A stretch of 64,000 bases of DNA, taken from contig CACESE010000003.1 in NCBI GenBank assembly GCA_902562135.1, positions 22,840-86,839 of the forward strand, read 5' to 3'. Origin of the DNA: an uncultured SAR86 cluster bacterium. Its GTDB lineage: Bacteria > Pseudomonadota > Gammaproteobacteria > Magnimaribacterales > AG-339-G14. The first letter of the stretch is position 1. Every line of letters starts with the position of its first letter. Under the pieces are notes generated by a model. The model searched no databases and was not told where the DNA came from. It was given only the letters and a program-made list of their open reading frames with translations. Both the position numbers and the translations under genes were made by a program. This document shows, piece by piece, positions 16,856 to 25,954 of the stretch.

Positions 16856-19090
16856 TTAAATTTTATTTACATAAATGGGTGATGACCACGCCCTTTCTTC
16901 CGAAAGAGAAACACAATCATCTTTTTTATCAGTGAGGTAGCTGCCATGACAAATGTTGACTTTAATACAATTTCCCTGATCATCATACTCACATCTTAAG
17001 TTATCTCCATTCACTCTTAATGAAGGTTCTTCTATTGCCCTCACATAATAAACACTATCTCGTCCATTTCTTTGAAATTCTCTGTCAGAGAATCTTATCT
17101 TGCAACCATCTTGACTAGGTTTGCAATCAAAGACCTTCCACGTGTCTTCTATTAATTCATCAACAGGTTCGTCATTATAGTTTTGTGGAGTGATTTTAAT
17201 AACTTCTATTCTTGTAATGTTTCTTCTTTCATTCGATGGATTAAAACATTCGCCTCCACATATTTTTTTCAGCCTAGCATTGTCATTTGCAGATAAACCA
17301 AAATCAGGACAGCCAGGTTTCTGCTTAAAGGAACCAACAGCTTTTACTTCAAAGACAGGATTTTTCTCTAAATTAACTTTACTGCCCATGGGAAAAGTTT
17401 CAGAAGTAGTTATTAGATCAAACCACAGTAATATTTGTGGTCCGCTGGTTGCGTAAGTTTCTTTATTTTTGAATCCATTCCATATCCCTTGTTTTGACCT
17501 ATCTTCAACATGTACCGCCGCCAGTCCGCCAGTGGTGAAGAATGAAGATTGTCTTTCAGCTTCATACATTGTTAATTCACTTGGCGTGTTTATTTCGGAT
17601 GGAATAACTTTTCTAGAATCAATACCTTCCTCTTCGAATGGATAGAACTGAGACCTCACGAAAGGAGAAGCCGCTCCATTTGCCTCAGTGGTTAAAAGTC
17701 TGTCTACAGCTTTATATCCTGTACCTGGTTTAGATCGATGATTATCACTGGATGCAATAAATCCAAAATCAAATTGATATTCTTTATCATCAATAAATTT
17801 TCTCAAAGCTAAAGCGTACTGAACTGAGCCTTTAGGACGCATATTAAATGCAGGTACAAAACAATCTTTACACTGTCCTGAATTAAGCCAATCTTCAGGT
17901 TGCACTCCAGTTAAAGCCCAATGCCCGAATTGACCTCCATCTAAGTAATTTTTTTTTGCATCTTCAGCTTTTACTAGACAAATACTCTCATCTTCTCCAC
18001 TACTAATACATCTTTCAAAAACAATTTCTCCTGCTCGCCAACAAGAAGGTAAATAATTCTCAGTAGGTGCAGGACATGATTTGAGAAAATCTGTTGTGTT
18101 CGATGCCCTCCAAGATCTATATTCTTCAGAATTCCCATGACCGGAAAAAATTTCTACAGAAATTTGTCTATCAGGATCGTGAAGATCGCCGAGCTGTTTA
18201 TCCCAGCTTGATTCTGATGGCGTATAGTAACCCCAAGTATTTCCGTGTGGAATTACTATAGAGTCTGATTTAACTGTATTCAGTACTTCGAATAAATCTT
18301 TCGGTGTTCTGTAAGATCTGTAACAATTTCTTGGATCAGGATCTTTCATGTCACAATCTGGATGAGCTAGAACTTCTTCAAAAAAACTTAGAAAATCTGC
18401 ATATCTTTGTCTATTGGAAAAATCTACAACTGCAGCTCCCAACATATTTCGTCTTGAAATTGATAGATTTGCATTATTTCTAAAGTTATCAGATGAATAA
18501 CCTGCTGCACCAAAAGGTACGCCTGGAAGTAAATTATTATCTGTCTCTAAAAAAATAACATTTTTATGGCCATAGTGATCTTCCTTATTCTCCGAAATTT
18601 GGGTCCATTCGAACCCAACAAAACTGAATAAATCTTTGATGTTTTTATCTTGATTCACTTTATTGCAATTTTGCACAGCCTTTATAGTTTCTCCCCACTT
18701 TCTTGGGGTGCTCGCTTCAGCATGATCTGTCATTACCCAAAAATCAATTGCTGAACAAAATCTTGCATAATCGCATGCATCTGCCATCAAGTGAGGTCCG
18801 TCTCCTTGACTGTTCGGCAAACTCCATAAGAATGCATCTGTTGAATAAGTTGAATGAACGTGAGTATCGCCAAATAATATTTGGGTATCACTATTAGAAA
18901 CTTCTATTTGTGACTGTATTTTCGACTGAAGTAAATTTTCTGGATAACTACTTTTTATATTTGAACCTGCATCTTCAAGTGCTCCGAAAAAATTAAAATA
19001 AAAAGCAAAGAAATACAGAAAAATAATTAAAGTTAGTGAAGTTAGAAAACTAACAGACCAAAATAAGGATCTTAAAAAAAAGTTTTTCAT
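16856..19090 (-). CDS. DUF3604-like protein, a PHP-type metal-dependent phosphoesterase fold with an N-terminal membrane anchor
   Basis: 744 aa. It has one N-terminal hydrophobic helix (FWSVSFLTSLTLIIFLYFFAFYFNFF). PHP-like metal motifs GDTHVHSTYSTDAF and MTDHAE are present, and the C-terminal region is Cys-rich. I recognise the overall pattern as DUF3604. Its function is unknown. Confidence 0.6.
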   Translation of the reverse strand: MKNFFLRSLFWSVSFLTSLTLIIFLYFFAFYFNFFGALEDAGSNIKSSYPENLLQSKIQSQIEVSNSDTQILFGDTHVHSTYSTDAFLWSLPNSQGDGPHLMADACDYARFCSAIDFWVMTDHAEASTPRKWGETIKAVQNCNKVNQDKNIKDLFSFVGFEWTQISENKEDHYGHKNVIFLETDNNLLPGVPFGAAGYSSDNFRNNANLSISRRNMLGAAVVDFSNRQRYADFLSFFEEVLAHPDCDMKDPDPRNCYRSYRTPKDLFEVLNTVKSDSIVIPHGNTWGYYTPSESSWDKQLGDLHDPDRQISVEIFSGHGNSEEYRSWRASNTTDFLKSCPAPTENYLPSCWRAGEIVFERCISSGEDESICLVKAEDAKKNYLDGGQFGHWALTGVQPEDWLNSGQCKDCFVPAFNMRPKGSVQYALALRKFIDDKEYQFDFGFIASSDNHRSKPGTGYKAVDRLLTTEANGAASPFVRSQFYPFEEEGIDSRKVIPSEINTPSELTMYEAERQSSFFTTGGLAAVHVEDRSKQGIWNGFKNKETYATSGPQILLWFDLITTSETFPMGSKVNLEKNPVFEVKAVGSFKQKPGCPDFGLSANDNARLKKICGGECFNPSNERRNITRIEVIKITPQNYNDEPVDELIEDTWKVFDCKPSQDGCKIRFSDREFQRNGRDSVYYVRAIEEPSLRVNGDNLRCEYDDQGNCIKVNICHGSYLTDKKDDCVSLSEERAWSSPIYVNKI

Positions 19091-19869
19091 TGTTTTCGTT
19101 TTTTTATCTCATCTTCTGAATTTCTTATAAATTCATCTAAAAAATTATTTTTTGATTTGTAAATATTATCTTTGGTTTCAAATACAGTCCACGATGAACT
19201 TACTTTACTATTGAATAAATTTACTTCATTTCTTTTAAAAAAAGGGATTAATATCATTCCAGCAAGAAAACCGCCAATATGAGCAAAGTATGCCGTTCCA
19301 CCTTCTGCATCTAGAGAAAAAGGAGCGCTAAAGAATTGTCCAAATATCCAAAAACCTAAAACAACAAACGCTGGAACTCTGATCATTTGAAAAATGATGA
19401 TAATAAACAGCAAGCATTTCACATTAGCTCTTGGATAAAGCATTAAATATGCTCCTAGAACTCCTGCAATTGCTCCACTTGCTCCAACCATTGGAATATT
19501 TGAAGTTGGATCTACTAACCCTTGTGCTAAAGCCGCAATAATACCGCACAAAAAATAGAAAAAGATAAACCTCGTCCTTCCCATGGCGTCTTCAACATTG
19601 TCTCCAAAAATCCATAAATAAAGCATATTTCCGGCAATGTGAGCTAATCCACCATGCAAAAACATGGAACTAATGATTGGGAAGTAAGATTCTAAGGAAG
19701 GACTTGTATTAAAAAAATTGCTCGGAACAAATCCAAATTCTAAAAAAATCTCGATGTTCATTTGAGATAAATATTGCAAAATAAAAAAGAAGATACAAAA
19801 ACCAATTAAAATATAAGTTATTAAAGGTTTATTTTGACTCGGGTTTTCGTCAGATATCGGAAAAAACAT
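19087..19869 (-). CDS. Rhomboid family intramembrane serine protease
   Basis: 260 aa and polytopic. It has the catalytic GASGAIAGVLGAY (GxSG) and AHIGGFLAG (His), plus HGGLAHIAGNMLYLWIFG. Its stop overlaps the DUF3604 start by 4 nt. Confidence 0.85.
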   Translation of the reverse strand: MFFPISDENPSQNKPLITYILIGFCIFFFILQYLSQMNIEIFLEFGFVPSNFFNTSPSLESYFPIISSMFLHGGLAHIAGNMLYLWIFGDNVEDAMGRTRFIFFYFLCGIIAALAQGLVDPTSNIPMVGASGAIAGVLGAYLMLYPRANVKCLLFIIIIFQMIRVPAFVVLGFWIFGQFFSAPFSLDAEGGTAYFAHIGGFLAGMILIPFFKRNEVNLFNSKVSSSWTVFETKDNIYKSKNNFLDEFIRNSEDEIKKRKQ

Positions 19870-19871
19870 TG

Positions 19872-21311
19872 TTAATCTTTATAGCCTAAATCAATGATAG
19901 CGCTATTAAATTTATCTCTAGTAATATTATAAAAGAAAAGACATGTTATGCCGGCTAAAGATAAAATTGGGCCAATAACAGATTGAAAAATAACTAAATT
20001 CTTGATTGGAGTTTGCACCTCTTCTGCGCTGAGATTGTTGCCGTCAAATCCTATAAATTGCATCACTATGCCTAATATAAAAATTCCAAATCCTGAAAGA
20101 ATTTTTTGAATCAAATTAGGCCCCGACATAAAAACTCCTTCATCCCTTCTACCAGTAGTTATTTGGCTATCCTCGACAATGTCATAAATCATTGAAATTA
20201 CTAATACGAATCCCATTGCTCTTAATGCATCTACTATTGAAGTGTGCACAATCATTACCCACCAAAGTAAATCTGAACCATTCGATGGAAAAAGAGCAAT
20301 AATAAAAACATCGTCCAAAAGCCTTAACCAAATAGGTAGAGGATCAATCAATAATCCTAATATGAATACAGTAATGACAATATTTTTTTTCTCTCTTCCC
20401 ATAGTAATGATCACAGCTAACAATGCTCCAAAGATTGTGGCAATACCTGCAATTACAGGAAATAAGGATATAGTTGATGGCGTCCACTCCCAAAAATAAG
20501 TATTGACGTAGGTTGCGGTGCCACTTGTTATTCCGATATTCAATCCATAAAATCCACCCGCAAGCAGCATAACGAGCCAAGATCTATTTGAGAAACACTC
20601 ATACAATTCCATGGAAAAATTTTTAATTGAAAAATTTAACTCCTCTTTTGGTCGATGAAGTTGAGGAATGAATCTATGGGTGCTTAATGCTGAAGTGAGT
20701 CCAAAAATAATTATTAACAGTGCAGAAAATAAACCAAAATATTTATATCCTTCAGGATTGAGAAAAGCTCGGTTACCTGAAAATTCATTGGTCTCAACTA
20801 GAAAAAAAGAATACATCACGAACATAACCGTCATACCGCCAATTACAGCGGCCGTATAGGCCCAGCCGTTTAAGAAATTTCTTTTATCATAATCTTTTGT
20901 TAATTCAGGCCCTAAAGATGCTCTAGGAATTTCATAAAAAGTAAGAGAAATTCTTATTATTAAAACTAAAATAAGTAATTTCCAAAAAAGAAAAGTTTGA
21001 GAATAACTACTTGGCTCTGTGAACAATAGAAAAAAGCTTAAGCTCAAGGGAAAAATACTGAGATATATAAACGGATGTCTTCTGCCCCACTTTGATTTGA
21101 ATCTATCCGACCATGCGCCAATCAAGGGATCAGTAATTGCATCAAAGACTAAAGCTACTCCAAGAGCTAAAGATGCTAGTAATGGACTCAACCCGAGAAC
21201 TTGATTATAAAAAATTAAAACCCAGGTTCCGAATATTGCTGCATTTATACCAATTACTCCTGACCCTGATGAGTAAAGAACTAAAAAAGGATTTGATACT
21301 CGTTTTATCAA
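19872..21311 (-). CDS. MFS transporter, GPH/MFS_2 family, paralogue 2
   Basis: 479 aa. It has FDAITDPLIGAWSDRFKSKWGRRHPFIY and TFYEIPRASLGPELTKDY, which parallel the other paralogue's TFYEIPSMALGPELSKDY. Confidence 0.75.
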   Translation of the reverse strand: MIKRVSNPFLVLYSSGSGVIGINAAIFGTWVLIFYNQVLGLSPLLASLALGVALVFDAITDPLIGAWSDRFKSKWGRRHPFIYLSIFPLSLSFFLLFTEPSSYSQTFLFWKLLILVLIIRISLTFYEIPRASLGPELTKDYDKRNFLNGWAYTAAVIGGMTVMFVMYSFFLVETNEFSGNRAFLNPEGYKYFGLFSALLIIIFGLTSALSTHRFIPQLHRPKEELNFSIKNFSMELYECFSNRSWLVMLLAGGFYGLNIGITSGTATYVNTYFWEWTPSTISLFPVIAGIATIFGALLAVIITMGREKKNIVITVFILGLLIDPLPIWLRLLDDVFIIALFPSNGSDLLWWVMIVHTSIVDALRAMGFVLVISMIYDIVEDSQITTGRRDEGVFMSGPNLIQKILSGFGIFILGIVMQFIGFDGNNLSAEEVQTPIKNLVIFQSVIGPILSLAGITCLFFYNITRDKFNSAIIDLGYKD

Positions 21312-21334
21312 TTGAAGTAATAATGCAAGAAAAT

Positions 21335-21904
21335 TTAGTCTGCTTTATAAATTGATTTTTTAGTCTTCGATAAAACTTTTTCGAGCATTGGAACAAAAGT
21401 CTCTATGGGCAAGGTGTCATAATCTGGATCAAACGAATTTTGATCATATTTCGCACAAAATTCTGCGCAATCTCGCCAATGTTCATTGTCCTTAAAATTA
21501 TCTCTCATGTTTCTATCTAAACCTAAAAAATGAAAAAAGTAGTATCCTTGAAATATTCCGTGATGTTTGAGTATCCAAAAATTTTTTTCTGAAATGTAAG
21601 GCTCCAATAAGGTCGCAGCAAAATCTGCATGATTTGCAGGAGCCAAGATATCACCGATATCATGAAGTAAAGCGCAAACTACGTATTCATCGTCTCTTCC
21701 ATCTCGATAAGCCCTTGTAGCGGTTTGTAAACAATGTGTATAACGATCAACTGCGAACCCCCCATGATCTCCTTTTAGCATTTCTAGATGCTCTAAAATC
21801 CTTTTTGGTAAATCTGTATTATGCTCCATTGAAGCTTCAACAATAGGAACATAATCTTCGGCGGTGCCATTTACCATTTCAGTGAATTTTGCAAATTTAC
21901 TCAT
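21335..21904 (-). CDS. HD-domain protein, PhnZ/MIOX-like (possible di-iron oxygenase)
   Basis: 189 aa. It has DRYTHCLQTATRAYRDGRDDEYVVCALLHDIGD followed by further conserved His/Asp residues (ANH, KHH, YDQNSFD). This gives the H...HD...H...H...D ligand order of HD-domain oxygenases. The specific activity is not determinable from sequence alone. Confidence 0.5.
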   Translation of the reverse strand: MSKFAKFTEMVNGTAEDYVPIVEASMEHNTDLPKRILEHLEMLKGDHGGFAVDRYTHCLQTATRAYRDGRDDEYVVCALLHDIGDILAPANHADFAATLLEPYISEKNFWILKHHGIFQGYYFFHFLGLDRNMRDNFKDNEHWRDCAEFCAKYDQNSFDPDYDTLPIETFVPMLEKVLSKTKKSIYKAD

Positions 21905-21911
21905 TATCTAA

Positions 21912-22352
21912 TTATATCTTCTTTAAAAGAGAAGCAAAGATATATCCTCCAATAAATCCAAAAACAATGTGAAATGCCCATCCTAAAGTGTATCTATTTC
22001 CTGCAATAACTTGGGTTTCGAATAATAACGCAACAGACAAATAGAGAATTGTTGCAACCGCAAATGCACCGGATAGCCCATAAACAAGCTCTTTTTTCCA
22101 ATCAATAAATGTTAGTAAAAGTTTAGAAACTATAAAAGCGATTAAAAATCCTATTCCATAGACAATAAAAAGTAGCGGAGAGAAATTAAGCCAGTCATGG
22201 AGCAAACTATTAATGAAAACTTCAAACCCTATCGTTATATTTAATGTAGATAACCAATAAAGATAAGACATACTGGTAATTGGAACAGAAAAGAAAACCG
22301 AAACCAAAGTACTGAATAAAAAGATACTTATAACTTTAATGGTCATAGCCAT
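21912..22352 (-). CDS. Small polytopic membrane protein, unknown function
   Basis: 146 aa with 4-5 predicted hydrophobic helices. I recognise no motif. Confidence 0.45.
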   Translation of the reverse strand: MAMTIKVISIFLFSTLVSVFFSVPITSMSYLYWLSTLNITIGFEVFINSLLHDWLNFSPLLFIVYGIGFLIAFIVSKLLLTFIDWKKELVYGLSGAFAVATILYLSVALLFETQVIAGNRYTLGWAFHIVFGFIGGYIFASLLKKI

Positions 22353-22394
22353 AAAATTATTATAAGTTTAATCAGAAATTTTTATAATGGTTGA

Positions 22395-23471
22395 ATGAAA
22401 AAGATTTTATTTCTATTAATTTTACTATCATCTAATTTATTTTCTTATTACAAGCTTGAAACTGTAATTGATAATCTTGATTATCCTTGGGGCTTAGCGT
22501 TCATATCTGAAAATAAAATTCTTATAACCGAATTGCCTGGGAAAATTAAAAAAATTGATTTAGAAAAAGGAGAAATAATTGAAATTGATAATGTTCCAAA
22601 AGTTTTATTTAGAGGGCAAGGAGGCTTATCGGGCATAATCCTTCATCCAGATTACGCTGATAATGGATGGATATACATTAGTTATTCAGCCTTGTTAGAT
22701 GATGGTCAAAATACTCTTTTTGTAGATAGAATTAAAATTAAAAATAATTCTATTTTTGATAGAAAAAATGTATTCAAAGCAAAAGCTCTAAGATCTCCAC
22801 CAGTTCACTATGGAGCAAAAATGGCGTTTCTTGAAGACAAAACACTTTTAATAACTAGCGGAGATGGATTTGACTATAGAGAATTAGCCCAAAATCTTGA
22901 TAATCATTTCGGAAAAATTATTAGAATTAAAGATGACGGTGAAATTCCATCTGACAACCCATTCTTTGGAACAAGCAATTTAGAAGACATATATTCTTAC
23001 GGTCACAGAAACATGCAAGGGTTGGTAGTTTTAAGAGATGGAAGAATAATTGAACATGAGCATGGACCAAGAGGAGGAGACGAAATTAACTTAATTAATC
23101 CAGGTAATAATTACGGTTGGCCAGCAATTACTTATGGGATTGATTATTCTGGTGCTTTAATATCTCCATTTAAAAAAATGGATGGAATGGAACAGCCACT
23201 TTTTTATTGGACTCCTTCTATCGCTCCATCGGGGATGATGTTTTATGAAGGCGACAAATTTCCAAAATGGAAAAATTCTCTTTTCATCTCTGCTTTAGTC
23301 CCTGGTGATGTTAGAAGAATTGAATTTTCTGAAAATGGTAATTTAGTAGAAGAGATATTGTTTAGCGAATTAAAATCGAGAATCAGAAATATCATTGAGT
23401 CTCCAAGCGGGGATATTTATTTCATCACTGACAAAACAAATGCAAAATTATTCAAAGTTATACCCAACTAA
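22395..23471 (+). CDS. PQQ-dependent soluble sugar (aldose) dehydrogenase, YliI/sorbosone dehydrogenase family
   Basis: 358 aa. It has a signal peptide, the beta-propeller blocks DYPWGLAF and YGHRNMQG, and HGPRGGDEINLI..G.NYGWP. Confidence 0.8.
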   Translation: MKKILFLLILLSSNLFSYYKLETVIDNLDYPWGLAFISENKILITELPGKIKKIDLEKGEIIEIDNVPKVLFRGQGGLSGIILHPDYADNGWIYISYSALLDDGQNTLFVDRIKIKNNSIFDRKNVFKAKALRSPPVHYGAKMAFLEDKTLLITSGDGFDYRELAQNLDNHFGKIIRIKDDGEIPSDNPFFGTSNLEDIYSYGHRNMQGLVVLRDGRIIEHEHGPRGGDEINLINPGNNYGWPAITYGIDYSGALISPFKKMDGMEQPLFYWTPSIAPSGMMFYEGDKFPKWKNSLFISALVPGDVRRIEFSENGNLVEEILFSELKSRIRNIIESPSGDIYFITDKTNAKLFKVIPN

Positions 23472-24448
23472 CTCATTGTCAGTAATAAGCTCTTAAGTTG
23501 AATTTTATTATTAAGTTTAACTCCAGAATTTAAATCTCTTAGAATCTCTTGAATGGTCTTAAATATTTCTGAAAGCTCAGAAAAGGTTTTGTTTTTTAAA
23601 TTGTTATCTTCAAAGTAGTATGAAGAGTAATTAATATTTAATTTGGCACCAAAAACGCTAATAACCATTCTTGACAACCATATTAATTTTTCGTGAATTG
23701 AATCGTCGTCCCATCTTGAAACAATCTTTTCAATTTCCTTATAAGATGAAATTCTCTGAAGGTCATTAGAAAATTCATCCCAACTTTCCCTTAATTGATT
23801 TAAATCTGAATCTGTGTAGCTCATTAAATCAGAACCTTTAATGAGTTCATAATCAGACTCTCTCAAATCTAAATTTTTTAATTGAAAATATTTTTTAAGT
23901 GCCGGAAAATCAGGAAATTTAATTTGAAGATGCGATAGGCGGCTTAGCAAAGTTTTTTTCAATAAAAAAGGAGCAGATGATAAAAGAAATATAAAAGTTT
24001 GTTTTGGAGGCTCTTCTAAAATTTTTAAAAGAAAATTTTGAGATTCATCATTCATTAAATGAGCATTGTTAATTAAAAAAACTTTAGCGGAAGAAATTAA
24101 AGGAGTTTCATATATTTTTGCTACAATGCCTTCAAACTCGTCTTTCTTTTGTTTATTGCCTCTGAGTTGACCTATCTTAATAATGTTAGAACCCTTCTCT
24201 TCTTGAACTAAAAAAAAATCTGGTGAGCTTTTACTTTCAAATATCCTACAAGAATTACATTTGCCGCAAAAAGTGAATAACTCATTTGACTCAGAGCAGA
24301 GAATTGATTGACTCAATCTCTTTATAAAACGTAATTTACCTATTCCCTTTTCTCCAGAAATTAAATAGCCATGAGATAGAGAGCCATTTTTAAATGCACT
24401 TTCATGACCCATAAGCCAGGGCGCTAAATTTTCCAAAGTTTCAGTCAA
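23468..24448 (-). CDS. holB: DNA polymerase III delta' subunit
   Basis: 326 aa. It has HGYLISGEKGIGK (a degenerate P-loop), a Cys-rich C..C..C zinc module and LLKILEEPP. It occupies the canonical position downstream of tmk. Confidence 0.75.
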   Translation of the reverse strand: MTETLENLAPWLMGHESAFKNGSLSHGYLISGEKGIGKLRFIKRLSQSILCSESNELFTFCGKCNSCRIFESKSSPDFFLVQEEKGSNIIKIGQLRGNKQKKDEFEGIVAKIYETPLISSAKVFLINNAHLMNDESQNFLLKILEEPPKQTFIFLLSSAPFLLKKTLLSRLSHLQIKFPDFPALKKYFQLKNLDLRESDYELIKGSDLMSYTDSDLNQLRESWDEFSNDLQRISSYKEIEKIVSRWDDDSIHEKLIWLSRMVISVFGAKLNINYSSYYFEDNNLKNKTFSELSEIFKTIQEILRDLNSGVKLNNKIQLKSLLLTMS

Positions 24449-25043
24449 TTTTTATATTCTTTTTAATGATTTCAAAGACTTCCTCAGATTTAAGACTAGC
24501 ATCTATTTTAATGATTCTAGAAGGATTCTGATCATACATTTCGAGGTAAGCGCTTCTTATTTTTTTGTGAAAAGATATATCTTCGCTCTCAAACCTATCC
24601 AGGCTTGCTCTTTTCTTTGCCCTATCTAATCCATGCTCGACTGGAAGATCCAATAAGAAAGTAATGTCCGGAACTGGAAGGTTTAACTTTTCTATGAAGT
24701 TAATTATTTCTTCTTTATCTAATCCTTCTCGCTGACCTTGATAAGCTATAGAAGATTCTATGTATCTATCCGATACAACTATATTTCCCGCCTTTAATTC
24801 AGGCTCTATGATTTCATGCACGTGTTGAATTCTGTCAGCTAAAATTAAAAATAATTCGGTATAAGGAAGAATTGAATTATTTTTATTTAACAGTATCTCT
24901 CTTATATAGCTTCCGATTTTTGAAGATCCAGGTTCTTTAGTAAACACAACTTCTAAAGATCTTTCTTTGAAAAAATTTTTAAGCAATTCTATCTGGGTAG
25001 ATTTACCAGAGCCTTCAATGCCCTCAAAAGTTATAAATTTCAT
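24441..25043 (-). CDS. tmk: Thymidylate kinase
   Basis: MKFITFEGIEGSGKSTQ P-loop start. I chose ATG 25043, which forms an ATGA overlap with the mltG stop. The track start at 25112 adds an unlikely 23-aa extension. Confidence 0.9.
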   Translation of the reverse strand: MKFITFEGIEGSGKSTQIELLKNFFKERSLEVVFTKEPGSSKIGSYIREILLNKNNSILPYTELFLILADRIQHVHEIIEPELKAGNIVVSDRYIESSIAYQGQREGLDKEEIINFIEKLNLPVPDITFLLDLPVEHGLDRAKKRASLDRFESEDISFHKKIRSAYLEMYDQNPSRIIKIDASLKSEEVFEIIKKNIKID

Positions 25044-25954
25044 TTGCCCAATTGATATTTTTTTACTGCAATTAAATGATCTTGGTAGTTTGTAGAAAAT
25101 TCGTGGAGACATTTTTCTTTTTTTACAAAATATAAGTACTCATGATCATCGGGAAAAATTGATGCTTGTATTGCTTCTAAAGAAGGATTGCTTATAGGGG
25201 TTGGTGGTAATCCCTTATTGGTATAACTGTTATAAGGCGTATCAGTTTTCAAATGCTTTTTGGTTAAGTTTCCGTCAAAACTTTTTATTCCATAAATAAC
25301 TGTAGAATCAATTTGTAGTTTCATTTTTTTTGCAAGTCTATTATAAATAACTCCCGCAACCTTAGACATTTCATTTTTGCAGCTTTCCTTCTCAATTATT
25401 GATGCGATGATTAATAATTCCATTGAAGTGTAATCTGAAATGTCCCTATTTTGATCAATTAACGAATCTAGTAATGACAACTGTGTATTAAATGATCTGT
25501 TCAAAACTTCATTAAAATTTTCAAAAAATTCATATTTATATGTATTTGGATGGAAAAAACCATCCAAGTTACAATTTTCAATATTTTTATATCTACAAAA
25601 TTTTTCAATTTGTTTGATTGATAAGAAATCTAGAGATTTTGATCCTTCCGGAATATACAAAGACCTGTAGTAAACTTTATCAAATAAAATTTTGAAAGCT
25701 ATTTGAAGAGAATTTTCTCCTTTTTGAAAATAATACTCTCCGATTCTAAGATTTTGGTCTTTTCCAGTAATAAAAAAAATAAAATCAATTAGATTGATAA
25801 AAGAAATATCTTTTTTTGATATCTTATCTTTAATGTTTGAGTAATTGTCTCCAGATTCTATTTTAAAAATATAGTCTTGACTTATTCGATCAAAATTTAA
25901 AATTGATGAAAGGTATAAGAAAAAAAATATAATGATGAAAAAAAATATTTTCAC
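25040..25954 (-). CDS. mltG: Endolytic murein transglycosylase MltG (YceG-like)
   Basis: 304 aa. It has an N-terminal TM anchor and the YceG blocks (ASIIEKE..., VIYNRL, LQIDSTVIYG, YNSYTNKGLPPTPISNP). It has the canonical fabF-mltG-tmk context. Confidence 0.85.
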   Translation of the reverse strand: MKIFFFIIIFFFLYLSSILNFDRISQDYIFKIESGDNYSNIKDKISKKDISFINLIDFIFFITGKDQNLRIGEYYFQKGENSLQIAFKILFDKVYYRSLYIPEGSKSLDFLSIKQIEKFCRYKNIENCNLDGFFHPNTYKYEFFENFNEVLNRSFNTQLSLLDSLIDQNRDISDYTSMELLIIASIIEKESCKNEMSKVAGVIYNRLAKKMKLQIDSTVIYGIKSFDGNLTKKHLKTDTPYNSYTNKGLPPTPISNPSLEAIQASIFPDDHEYLYFVKKEKCLHEFSTNYQDHLIAVKKYQLGK

